Source: Paragordius varius (Eukaryota > Animalia > Nematomorpha). Taken from it: DNA of 64,000 nt. The notes below the pieces were generated by a model, which saw only the letters and a program-made list of their open reading frames with translations, did no database searches and was not told the origin of the DNA. Below, in pieces: positions 53,328 through 64,000 of the stretch (position 1 is the first letter of the stretch; each line of letters begins with the position of its first letter). The DNA lies in assembly GCA_964247055.1 (NCBI GenBank), contig OZ176052.1, forward strand, positions 7,812,001 to 7,876,000. Direction: 5' to 3'. Made by a program: the position numbers and the translations under genes.

Positions 53328-56300
53328 GTTTCATAATAAAAAAAATATCCAAATTATTAATATATTATATCTAGCTTTTAAATTTTAAGGTGTCTTATTG
53401 GGTGATATTATTCTAACTAAGGAAGACATACAACATGTTCTCACTCAAGATACCAATTTGCCACACCACATTAAATGGCAATTAGAAACGAATTGCACGA
53501 TAAAACATGTGAAGGAATCAATTAACTCCGATGAAACAACTACTTTGTCAGCATCAGATAACATTTTAGCTAGGTTAAAAAGATCAACTTCTAAACATCA
53601 AAGAGTTCATCGGAAATCTAAAAGAGCCGTCACCGCGCTCAAAAATAGATTGTGGGATTATGGAGTCATACCATATGAAATTGATTCCATATTTGACGGT
53701 ATATTTTTATCATTGTAATTTTGTAATTGTAAATCATTTGATCGAAAATTATGTATGATGGCTTTAAAGGGGTTTCCTGTCCTTGCAATTTTTATTTTGA
53801 TTAATTTTTGGGAAATTGTTTTTTGGCAAAATAAAATGGTGATGAGGTCCTCGTCCACTGATTTCTTTTAATTTAATATTAGGGAAAAATTAACATATCT
53901 TATTTATTTATGCGTAAATTAAATTTAAAAAATAAATAAATATCAGTTTAAAACAGATGTGTCTAACACAAATGGCTTCGCGGGCCGTATTATTTTTAAA
54001 AAAACTGGCGGGCCACATTCACAAAATATATGGGCAAAAACTAATATTTTCTTAGATCTTAAACATTAGATTAACCTATATTTATTTTAACAATTTTTGT
54101 TAGTTCGAATGCCGAGATTCGCAAAGACTTTAAAAAAATGTTTTAAAAAAATCAATTTTACTAGGATCTCTTATCTGTATTATAACTTTTTCGCGGCAGA
54201 AGGCCCCATGACGCCCGCGAGCCGCGTGTTGCACCCCAGTTTTAAAGTAAACAAATCCCATAAATATATTGATAAAATCATTATGCGAGATAAAATATTT
54301 GAATATTTTTATTTACTGTCTTATCTTTGGTGCATAATCACCTTTTATATTCATCCTCTATAAAAACAAAAATTATTTGGAAATATATTTCCAATTGCGT
54401 TTATTTATGTGTATGATTGATTTAGGGGCCCATAGAACTTTGTTCATGCAAGCAATGAGACACTGGGAAAACTTTACCTGTATTACATTTGTCGAACGCA
54501 ATGCTTCACTTCATGACAATTGGGTCATTTTTACAGAAAGACCATGTGGGTAAACTTGATTTTGATTTGCTTAATTTTTATGCAATGGTTAAAATGTAAG
54601 TTAATTACTTTCTATAAAATTATTTTATCATAGATGCTGTTCATTTGTGGGAAAACGTGGTTCCGGTAGTCAAGCGCTATCGGTCGGTAAGAATTGCGAC
54701 AAATTTGGAATTGTAATTCATGAAATCGGTCATGTGGTTGGATTTTGGCATGAACACACGCGTCCTGATAGGGATAGAAACGTCATTATAAATTACGAAA
54801 ATATTTTATCAGGTAATTTTATTTCTCCCTAAAGTATAATTATCCATAATATTATCTTTAAATATATATATAACATAATGTTATCGATAATATTGCAATT
54901 ATTATGGCTAATATAATTTTTATTACAGGCCAGGAGTATAATTTCAAAGAAAAATTCAGCAGTGAAGTCAACAGTTTGGGTGAGCCCTATGATTTTGGTA
55001 GCATAATGCATTATGCGAGAAATACATTTGCAAGAAGTACTTACTTGGATACTATTCTGCCACGTTATGCCGATCGATATGGACATAGGCCGGAAATAGG
55101 TCAAAGAGCACATTTAAGCACAGGCGATATACGTCAAGCCAATATACTTTACAAATGCACACAAAAACATGGTATCATTTTTTTGATGCTCCCTAAAATT
55201 CATAGAAAATAAATTTTTTTGAGATTTAGGTTGTAGCAAAAAATACGAGGGATGATTAAATTATATATAAGTACTTTTAAATTTTATACTATAAAGAAAA
55301 TACTTAGATATGATTCCAAAACAAATTACTTTACTGCTTTTTAGATGTGTTGCTAGCTCATTAGCGGTCATTTAATCAAATTATCCATATTATATAACAT
55401 TATTTTATTGTACCATATTTTTCTAGGGTGCGGAGGGACTCTGTTTAATTCTTTTGGGTATATAACATCACCCGATAGTGTTGCAAATCCAAATTCAATC
55501 AATGAAGCAACTGAAAAAAGTATAACATGTAGGTGGCGTATATCTGGCGCTTATGGTCAATACATAGTTTTCAATGTAACCAAATTTCATTTACCCTCCC
55601 CAAGTGAATTAAACGATGCTAAAAATTGTGGTGAAAATTACTTAATGATACGAAACGGATATTATGAGCTTGCTGAATTAAATGGTACTTTGTCTTTCAT
55701 AAATTCTATTCCCAGTATGTGGAATATATTTTAATATTTAATTAGACAAACTTTAATAAAATAAGAATTTAAATTGATAATCGCAAATTTTACATAAAAA
55801 TAGAGTCTTTAATACCCTATGCGTTTGAAATACTAAAGGAAAAAGATTAACCCCATTTTAATAGATATATATCAATTTTATTCCCCTTTACATGGTCATA
55901 TATTTTTTGTTTAAAAATGTTCAAATATGTCACAAGTCTTAACATTGAAACAATAAATTTCGTATTTTATATCTTGTATAAAGATATAAATAATAATAAA
56001 GTTTTAATGACCTAAATTTTCCGGTGCTTAGTTTTTAGTATAAAAATATAAATATCTAACATTATTAGCATTATAACACAATTTGTGAAAAAAACGTCAA
56101 ATTTTATGAGGTCACACAGTGAACCTCAAGGTTTTATTTGTTGTCAAAGATATGTTTTATTACTACATCTATATGCCTAATTAATTTTCATATTTATATT
56201 TGACGACAAATAATATATTTGAAACTAATAATTTTAGCTATATACTGTGGACAGGTAACTGTACCAATCTCTATACAATCAAATGGGCCCCATCTATGGA

Positions 56301-59300
56301 TTGAGTATAAAGCAACAATAGATGTTGAACAGGGAGACAAACCAAAGGGTTTTATTGCCCAATATGAAAGTATAATAAAAAATGTTTGAATTTTTGGGAT
56401 AGTTTGGGTTTTCAATGTCTAAAATTCAGGGTTAAAGTTTACAATACTAAGCCCAAACCCTAAATTTTTGCCTTTAACGGATCAGTAAATTTGTCTATTT
56501 TATAGACTATATTTCTTTTTCAGCATATAATTTTATTTGGATGATTTAAATTATTAACAACAAAAATATATTTTTGAAATTTTCCTGTTATATTAGAGTT
56601 TAATCTTTAATGCTTGAGGGTCCAACATGCGGCCCGCAAAATTTTCAAAAATTTTAAGTCAATTAAAATTTTATAATATTTAATTTTTCGATAATTACTT
56701 GATATTTATTTTTTAAAGTGATAGTTATAGTTTGATTCAAACTGTATCGTTCGAAAATTTCTTAATATTAAAGAGTGTATATAGCATCCCAAAAATGGGT
56801 CCAAGAGCTTTTGTTTCCCATAATTTATAGCCTAGGGTAGGGGTGTCCAACACAAATGGCTATGCCGGCATTTTTGACTCAAAAAATCCGTCGGCCCGCT
56901 TTCGAAATATAAATGACCATTAATAAATATTTTATTAAATTTTAAATTACTAACACATCAAAACTACCATTTATTTTTCATTATGCTAGTTCATAGGCAA
57001 AATTTGGAAAGAGTATTCGGAAAAATTGTTTAAGCAATGTCAATTTTACTTCGATTTTGCATTTATCATTTTATAATTTTAAAATTTTTGATTTGGTATT
57101 TTTTGAACGATGTCAAGAGTTGCGCACCCCTGGTCTAGGGTATGGAACTCTACCATTATTTTGAAAAAAATTAATATTTAATAAGATTCAGGCTTTAGTT
57201 AGGGTCATATTTATTTTTATGTTGTATTGATAATAGTTAAATGCGGTGGCACTTTAATATCAGACAATGGTGTGTTGAGAAGTCCCAATTATCCGTTCGA
57301 TTATTTAGCCGATCAAGATTGTTCTTGGATACTACAAGTTTCGCCTAATTACCAAATAGCCATCTCATTCCAAACATTTGAAGTGATTTTTAAAATTTTT
57401 TAATAGCCTTTAGAATTTCTCAAAAATTTAATTAAAAAATATTAACTTTTCATGAGTTTAATTAATGTTTTTATATATATCAATTAACCTCATTTATTTA
57501 CAAAGTGTAAAATATTTTCAGTACATGTTTACTGATAAAATATTTATGGGTTTCCTATTCTTGTATAACCAAGTGTGCTTAGTTATTCTAATATTTATTT
57601 TTAAGAAATATAACTAAATTTTCTTAATCATAATGTTATATTTTTATTCCACAATTTATACAACAAATTAATTTTAAAAAAATTTTCAAAAGATAGAAAA
57701 TCACGATAACTGTGTATATGATTTTTTGGAAGTCCGAGATGGATCAAATAATAATGCACCATTGATTGGTAGATTTTGTGGATATAATTTACCCAACAAT
57801 TTAACCTCGACAGGGAATCAAATGTTTTTGCACTTTAAATCAGATACGTCGGTACAAAAAGGCGGCTTTTCTTTGAACTTTTTTAAAGGTAGGCATATTT
57901 TATTTTTTTTTAATTTAAATACAAATATTAAATTGATGGATTTTGAATGATTTTAGAATCAGATGAATGCTTAACCAAAGATCATGGGTGTCATCAAATT
58001 TGCATTAACACAATGGGTGGTTATCGATGTGAATGTAAGCTTGGATATGAGTTGGGAGACGATAAGAAATCTTGTGAAGGTCTTAAATTTGCTTTGCGAT
58101 TCTGATTTTCCTGATAAAATTTTTGTAAATTGAATTTAAAAAAAAATCTAAGAATAAATTTATTTTTTTAGGCGAATAAAAATATTAATTTATTATTGAG
58201 CAGTGTGTAAATCACGATATATATTTTAAATAGTCATGGGACAAGTCAAAAATTTAATTAAGCGTAAAATATTAATATTTTGATTAATTAGAGCCCCTTG
58301 TTTTTAACATATTATTGGGTTAAAATATTTATTTTTGAATGCAAAACTACATATCTTAGAGGCCTGTGGTGGACTTTTAGAAAACACAAATGGAACCATT
58401 ACAAGCCCATCCTTTCCCGAAATTTATCCTCCCAGAAAAATATGCCTTTGGCAAATAGTTGCTCCTATTGGCTATAAAATAACTCTAAATTTTACACATT
58501 TCGACCTCGAGGGAAACAATGTAAGCTCGCAAAATTTAATAACTTAACAATTTTCAAAATAAAAAAAAAATTTTTTCATATTAGGAAGATTGTGAATATG
58601 ATAAGTTAGAGATTAGGAGTGGGAATATGGATGAACCGGATTACTCGTATTTACACGGTAATTTGTGTGGACCTCTTCTGCCCTTGCCTATTACATCGGA
58701 AAACAATGTGCTTTATTTGAGGTTTTCATCCGATAATTCTGTACAGAATACCGGGTTTTCAGCCACATACAACATTGGTATGTGGACTCTTTTTATATTT
58801 TAAGTTTTTTTGGCAGCATTTTAATAATATATATCTAGTACGTTAAAATAGAAAACATAAAGATAAAAAGTCAAGACTAAAAGACAAATATTATTTTAGA
58901 CAATCATGCTTATAATATACTGCATTTATTTAAATACTTATAAAAATGATTACTATTAGGATATATGTAACTATTAAAAAAATGTTTATCTTTATAAAAA
59001 TAATTGGTCTTTTAATTTTTAGGTTTTGTCTTTATAATTTGAATTTTAAATGTAATTATAATATATTTAAATTTCTTTATTTAGACAAGGATGAGTGTGC
59101 CATAGACAACGGTGGATGTCAACACATTTGTCAAAACTTACCTGGTAGCTATCAATGCCTTTGTCATGATAATTATGTCCTCCATGAAAATAAACATGAT
59201 TGCAAAGAAGGTAAATAAACACTTAAAAAATATGATTTAAATATTATATAAAGTTGATTTTTAAACTTGTGATTATATATGTCGTGAAAAAATATTTAAG

Positions 59301-62044
59301 CAATCAATTATTAAATTCATTTTGCACTTGTTTCTCTGTAGTTTTTTAAGGATAAAGGGTCGACATTAAAATTTTTATAAATCGAAGTCAATTTATTAAT
59401 TGGGCGAAGGTTAAAAATAATGTTTGGTTTTTTGATCATTTGTTCATTAAAGATTTGTGTCCACAACAATTTTGACTGAAATATAAATTTTAGTTTATGT
59501 AAAATATATTTTGGATTTAAACCATATTTCTTTCGTTTAACCTTCTTGTAGTTATTTCACCAATTTAAATTATAGGTGGCGGGTGTTATTATCAAATAAC
59601 ATCAGCTTTTGGCAAAATTATCAGTCCAAATTGGCCTTCCAAATACCCAAAGCGACAAGTTTGTTATTGGAATATAACAACCTTGGCTGGACAAAAGATA
59701 AAATTGGTATCAATTTTAATTTGTCTCAAATAAAAATATTTGTTAATAAATTCATTTTTCGGTGCATTTAAAGGATTTCAATAAGTTTGAAATTGAACAT
59801 CACCAAGAATGCGCATATGACCACTTGAGGGTATATGATGGGCCAGATACAACGTATCCAACTCTTGGGAAGTTTTGTGGTAGCAAGTCACCCTCATTAA
59901 TATCTTCCGGAAACAATGTTGTACTTTTGTTTGAAAGTGACTCTACAATACAAAAAACGGGATTTATAGCCACATATTCTACAGGTCCGAATCAAAAAAC
60001 TTTTTTATTTTAGTTATTAATTTTACTTTAATTTCTCTAATTAATAGTAAATAACAATGTTTTCATAGCAAATCTGGTGAAATATTTTTTAATTAACTAA
60101 GACTATTCACTTCCTTTTTTAAAGATTCCTCAATCAAATACTCATTTTATATTTGCATATAGTTAAAAATTTCGAGCGATTATTACTTAATATTTCTATA
60201 ATTCCTAACAAATTTCCTTATTGTATGTAGTTTGTGGTGGTCATTTAATAAGCAAAGAGGAAAATCAATCAATATATTCGCATGCCAAATTCGGAGATAG
60301 CAATTATGACATTGGGCAAGAATGTGATTGGCACATCATTGCACCTAAAGGATATAAGTAAAATTATTGGATATTTGCTATCCTTTTGCCCTACACTTAG
60401 AAAAACTAATGTTTTTGTTTTTGAAAAATTGATTAATTTAAAAACTACATAAACGTTCCAGACTATTTTAGTTATATTAGTAATAACGATCATGGTTTTA
60501 AAATAAACTGTGATATAAATATTGTTTTAAGTTAAATGATACAATAATTTATAAATGTTGTGCCAGTTAGTAATTTAACGACATTAGATTAGCCAAATCT
60601 GTATTAATTTTCTAAAAAAAGAGCAAATGGTGGTATTAAAGTCATTTTACCGCAATATATTTTTGAAGCGAAAGCTGTTAAGTTCACAAGCTCCGACGTA
60701 ATTGTTATTTTATAATATAATTATCCATAAAATGTTAATGGATTAATATTATCATGAATATTAGAATCGAATTAACATTCACAAGTTTTGAATTGGAAAG
60801 TAATCCGAACTGTACCTTTGATTATGTTCAGATCATGGATGGCCCAACCATGCCCTATAAATTTTGTGGAAAAAAAGTAAATAAATAATATTTATCTTTG
60901 TTTTTTTGCATATAAAAGTATGGATGTCAAAAAACAATTATTGTATTTAAATAAACTGTATTTAACACTTGGATACAACACATTCATTTTAATCCTTCGA
61001 TTCAAATTGGGGTAGTTGGATGCCCTAAGCGTGTTTAAAATTAAATACTATAATAAATATGTAATTAATTGAAACCATGGCAAAAGTGTGCACTTATATA
61101 ACATTAATCAACCCAATATAAAAAAAATTCAATCAAAAATACTTGATATTACTTATTTTAAGGTAAAACCCAAAGGTAAAAAATTAGTCAAACTGACATG
61201 TGTGCATTAGCAAAATATATAAATAATAATAAATAAACCACTTTTTTCTGTTTTTATCAATTTTAGATTTGATTTGAATAAAAAATTAGCTTTACTTTTA
61301 GCTTTTAAATTATATAAAAAAGATATTTTAAAAAAATGTTGTGAAACAAAAATGGCGGCCAAATAGTTTGATATGGAACTTTTTTCAAAACTAAATTTTA
61401 TTAAGATATCTCGGCGTTTTTATATAATTTTTAGGATAATAGAAGGATAAATTTAAGTTGAGACCGTATCTTTCAGTAGTTTTTTAAAAATATCAAAGTT
61501 TAGACACTAAATCAGGGCTGTCCAAAGCAAATGGCTTCGTGAGCCGCATTTTTTACTCAAATATCTGGCGAGCCGTATTAGAAATATATTGGTTATCATG
61601 GATAATTTATTAAATTTAAACATATGACTGCAAAATGCAAAGACAATAATTTTTTTATTTCATTAAAATGATTTGATAAATATTAATTGACCACCAAATT
61701 TTGAGAGAATATTTTCGCAAATAATTTCAATTTTGCGGGCCGCATATGGGTCTGCGTGTTGGACACTTCTAATATAAATTATGACTATTATGTCTATATT
61801 TTACGATTTTAAGTAATACATCAAGCTTATATTAAAACTTGCTTAATTTATTCAAAATATATGCATATTACGGCATAATTAGGCAAACATGACCTTTGTT
61901 TCAGCCCGAAACAGATTACGAATTCATTTTGTGACGGATGATGCAATTAACTCAAAAGGTTTTCATGCAATATACCGCACCTACATCTCACATCAGAACA
62001 AAACCCGATCTCATATAAAATCGACAGAATCAATATTGTCTTGA
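52712..62044 (+). CDS. tld: Tolloid/BMP1-family astacin metalloprotease (pro, astacin, CUB-CUB-EGF-CUB-EGF-CUB-CUB), 18 exons, about 1054 aa
   Basis: Exons: 52712-52943, 53390-53698, 54426-54549, 54634-54812, 54929-55171, 55427-55684, 56238-56369, 57237-57382, 57693-57888, 57957-58079, 58360-58520, 58585-58777, 59085-59210, 59576-59706, 59774-59984, 60231-60357, 60765-60876, 61883-62044 (3165 nt). Furin site RKSKR|AVT, zinc motif [13 protein letters not shown], Met-turn SIMHY, five CUB and two EGF modules. Confidence 0.95.
53267..53320. repeat. (AT)n microsatellite, about 27 units, in tolloid intron 1
   Basis: Direct read. Confidence 0.95.
53954..54239. mobile_element. MITE family A copy in tolloid intron 2
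   Basis: CAGATGTGTCTAACACAAATGGCTTCGCGGGCCG ... GTGTTGCACCCCAG; flanks GTTTAAAA / TTTTAAAG. Confidence 0.7.
56838..57132. mobile_element. MITE family A copy in tolloid intron 7
   Basis: TAGGGGTGTCCAACACAAATGGC ... GTTGCGCACCCCTG; flanks GCCTAGGG / GTCTAGGG (7/8). Confidence 0.78.
60966..61512. mobile_element. MITE family B copy, reversed and truncated
   Basis: TTAA|CACTTGGATACAACACATTCATTTTAATCCTTCGATTCAAATTGGGG; colinear with the reverse complement of 28766-29347. Confidence 0.72.
61513..61771. mobile_element. MITE family A copy abutting a truncated family B MITE in tolloid intron 17
   Basis: CAGGGCTGTCCAAAGCAAATGGCTTCGTGAGCCG ... GTGTTGGACACTTCTA. Confidence 0.7.
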
Positions 62045-62060
62045 ATATTAATATAAATCA

Positions 62061-62072
62061 AATAAATTTATT
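62061..62072. terminator. Candidate bidirectional polyadenylation signal AATAAATTTATT between convergent tolloid and PLAAT-like genes
   Basis: The palindrome gives AATAAA on both strands within the 92-nt gap between the stop codons. Confidence 0.45.
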
Positions 62073-62136
62073 TTATGTATTAAAAATATTTTAATATTAA
62101 TACTTTAATTATAATATAGGATAATAAAGTGTGATA

Positions 62137-62994
62137 TCATGAATAATATTTTTCGATTGGAGAGTTTGCAAAAGCTTCATATCCCTTCTTCAACGAAGAC
62201 CATATATTAACTAACGTTATAATGTTATTAGATTGACTAGTGTTTTCATTAGTTTTCTTATTATGTTGTTCTTTGTAAAATTGATAAAATCCATTAAAAC
62301 CACAATACAATTTAAGAGCCGTATCGCTGGTTTGTGATGACCAGGGTACACCATACTTCCAAAATGTTACATAATGTTCACAGTTTTGCGTCAGCATGTG
62401 ATAAGAAACATCTTGGTTCAATAAGCTACGTGCGTTTTCTAATGCCCTTTCACTAGAAAAGGGTTTACATCCCCTTAAACGCGCCTCGATCTCTTTGTTA
62501 TTAATGCGAATCAATGATTGCCCAGCAACCAAAGCAAATGAATCTCGAGCCAATCTAGCTATTGTTCCCTTTAAAGCTTCTGTGATAGAGGGAGTAGGCC
62601 TGTTTAATTCGTTAGTAGGTACGGGGATATCATTGTCAAAATTATTGGTAAGTGAAGGGAATACGATTCTGGACATTGATTGTATAATGCTTCCAAAGGA
62701 GGAATCAAATTGTTTATCGGATCTTTTCGTGCGATTACAGTTATCAATGGAGGAAGATTCTTTCGCTTCAAAATCAAAACCATTGTGGGCCCGCACATGA
62801 ATAACTGTAGAACCACCTTCGTATATAGCCCAATGGTGATATAAGCCACGATTATATTCAATCAAATCTCCTGGTTTTGCCAAAGGTAAAATAACATCCC
62901 AAGTTCTAAAAGGATTTAGATTATCAATTCCTATATCAATTGTCTCATCAAAGCTTTCAAAAACTTCGAATTGGTTTGATTCATCGGTAACCAT
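62137..62994 (-). CDS. LRAT-domain phospholipase A/acyltransferase (PLAAT/HRASLS-like), single coding exon, 285 aa
   Basis: PGDLIEYNRGLYHHWAIY (His54), VIHV (His66), INNK and QNCEHYVT (Cys205) give the H-H-C triad of the LRAT/permuted NlpC/P60 family. An in-frame TAA lies directly before the ATG. Confidence 0.88.
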   Translation of the reverse strand: MVTDESNQFEVFESFDETIDIGIDNLNPFRTWDVILPLAKPGDLIEYNRGLYHHWAIYEGGSTVIHVRAHNGFDFEAKESSSIDNCNRTKRSDKQFDSSFGSIIQSMSRIVFPSLTNNFDNDIPVPTNELNRPTPSITEALKGTIARLARDSFALVAGQSLIRINNKEIEARLRGCKPFSSERALENARSLLNQDVSYHMLTQNCEHYVTFWKYGVPWSSQTSDTALKLYCGFNGFYQFYKEQHNKKTNENTSQSNNIITLVNIWSSLKKGYEAFANSPIEKYYS

Positions 62995-63026
62995 TTAGCA
63001 TAATAAATAAAAGCAGTTGTTTATAA

Positions 63027-63613
63027 CACTGCATCCAAAATCGAAGGATATACAACACATTCATTTTAGTCCTTCGATTCAAATTGGGGAGTTAAATACC
63101 CCAGGCCTGTTTGAAACTGAATTCTTTTAAATTTGAAATAAATCGAAACCATGGCAACATTTTGCACTAATATAATATTAAAAACCGAAATATATAAAAA
63201 AATTTATTCAAAAATACTTGATATTACTTATTTTAAGCTAAAACCGAAAGGTAAAAATTCTGTCAACGTGACATGTGTGCAATGATAAAATTAAAAAATA
63301 ATACAAAATAAACCGCTTTTTCTGTTTATATCAATGTTAGATGTAATTTAAATAAAAAATAAGCTTTAATTTTACCCTTAAAATCAATGAAAGACGATAT
63401 TTTGCAAAAATTTTGTAAAAAAAATGGCGGCAAAGTAGTTTGACATGGAACTTTTTTCAAAACAAAATTTCATGTAGATATTTTGGTATATTTTAATTTT
63501 TATTAGGATAGAAGCAAAAATTTAAATTGAGACCGTTTCCTTCTGTAGTATTTTAAAAATACTAAATCAAATTTAGCCTGGGGTATTTAGATACCACAAA
63601 TTGGATCGAAGTG
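63027..63613. mobile_element. MITE family B copy just upstream of the PLAAT-like ATG
   Basis: Colinear with the reverse complement of 28766-29347; ends GAAGTG|TTAA at 63613-63617. Confidence 0.75.
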
Positions 63614-63659
63614 TTAATCAGAAAAAAATGCCTATATTTTATATTTTTTTTATTGAAAG

Positions 63660-63930
63660 CTAAAATAAGCGAAAAAGTGCAAATAAAAGTTTTAAATATA
63701 TGTTAAAGTTTGATATCAAATAAAAATATTTTCTTAAAATGCATACCTTAATCAACAATCTAATTTTTAAAAAGATTTTGTTGAAGCGTAATACATTTAA
63801 GCATGATGGAAACGATATAAAAACGTTTTCACATAAAAAAAATTTTTGATACACTGAACATATCCACTGCTTCTAAATTTTAAATTCAATGTTCCTTTGC
63901 TTTAAAATTGCTGAACATTTGTAAAAAATA
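63660..63930. repeat. Dispersed repeat shared with 46010-46390
   Basis: AAGCATGATGGAAACG occurs at 63799, at 46015 and, inverted, at 46266. 63700-63830 aligns by eye to the reverse complement of 46250-46390. Confidence 0.6.
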
Positions 63931-64000
63931 CATATTTTATTTAACATAATCTAGAAGACAAACGACTCTTAACAGTAGTGATAGAAATGTTTAGCATCAT

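Noticed and set aside
1-64000. tRNA, rRNA or snRNA genes; a non-standard genetic code; a species assignment
   Set aside because: No recognisable RNA gene motifs by eye; all six CDSs translate cleanly with the standard code; tiny introns and AT-richness suggest a reduced or parasitic invertebrate but do not identify it.

Overview
AT-rich (roughly one quarter GC by eye) genomic DNA from an invertebrate animal; the species cannot be named from this window. I traced six protein-coding genes by hand with GT-AG introns, and the summed exon lengths of each are divisible by 3. They are: integrin alpha of the PS1/ITGA3-6-7 type (+, 1611-17671), glycosylasparaginase AGA (+, 19779-22378), IQSEC/BRAG Arf-GEF (-, 22619-32537), boule (-, 37624-43033), tolloid/BMP1 (+, 52712-62044) and an intronless PLAAT/HRASLS-like gene (-, 62137-62994). 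Mobile DNA comprises a complete but decayed Buster-type hAT element with TIRs and an 8-bp TSD, a nested island (second hAT copy, an unclassified 1.36-kb TIR element, a decayed Ty3/Gypsy element) and three MITE families. The most striking observation is six obligatory spliceosomal introns of only 23-28 nt, confined to boule and AGA. No intron among about 70 traced falls between 29 and 63 nt, and a second short class starts at 64 nt. Most of the proteins also carry large low-complexity insertions inside conserved folds, and Boule is about 840 aa with a long N/Q/G-rich tail. I recognised no rRNA, tRNA or CRISPR. All homology calls come from motif recognition, not database searches.
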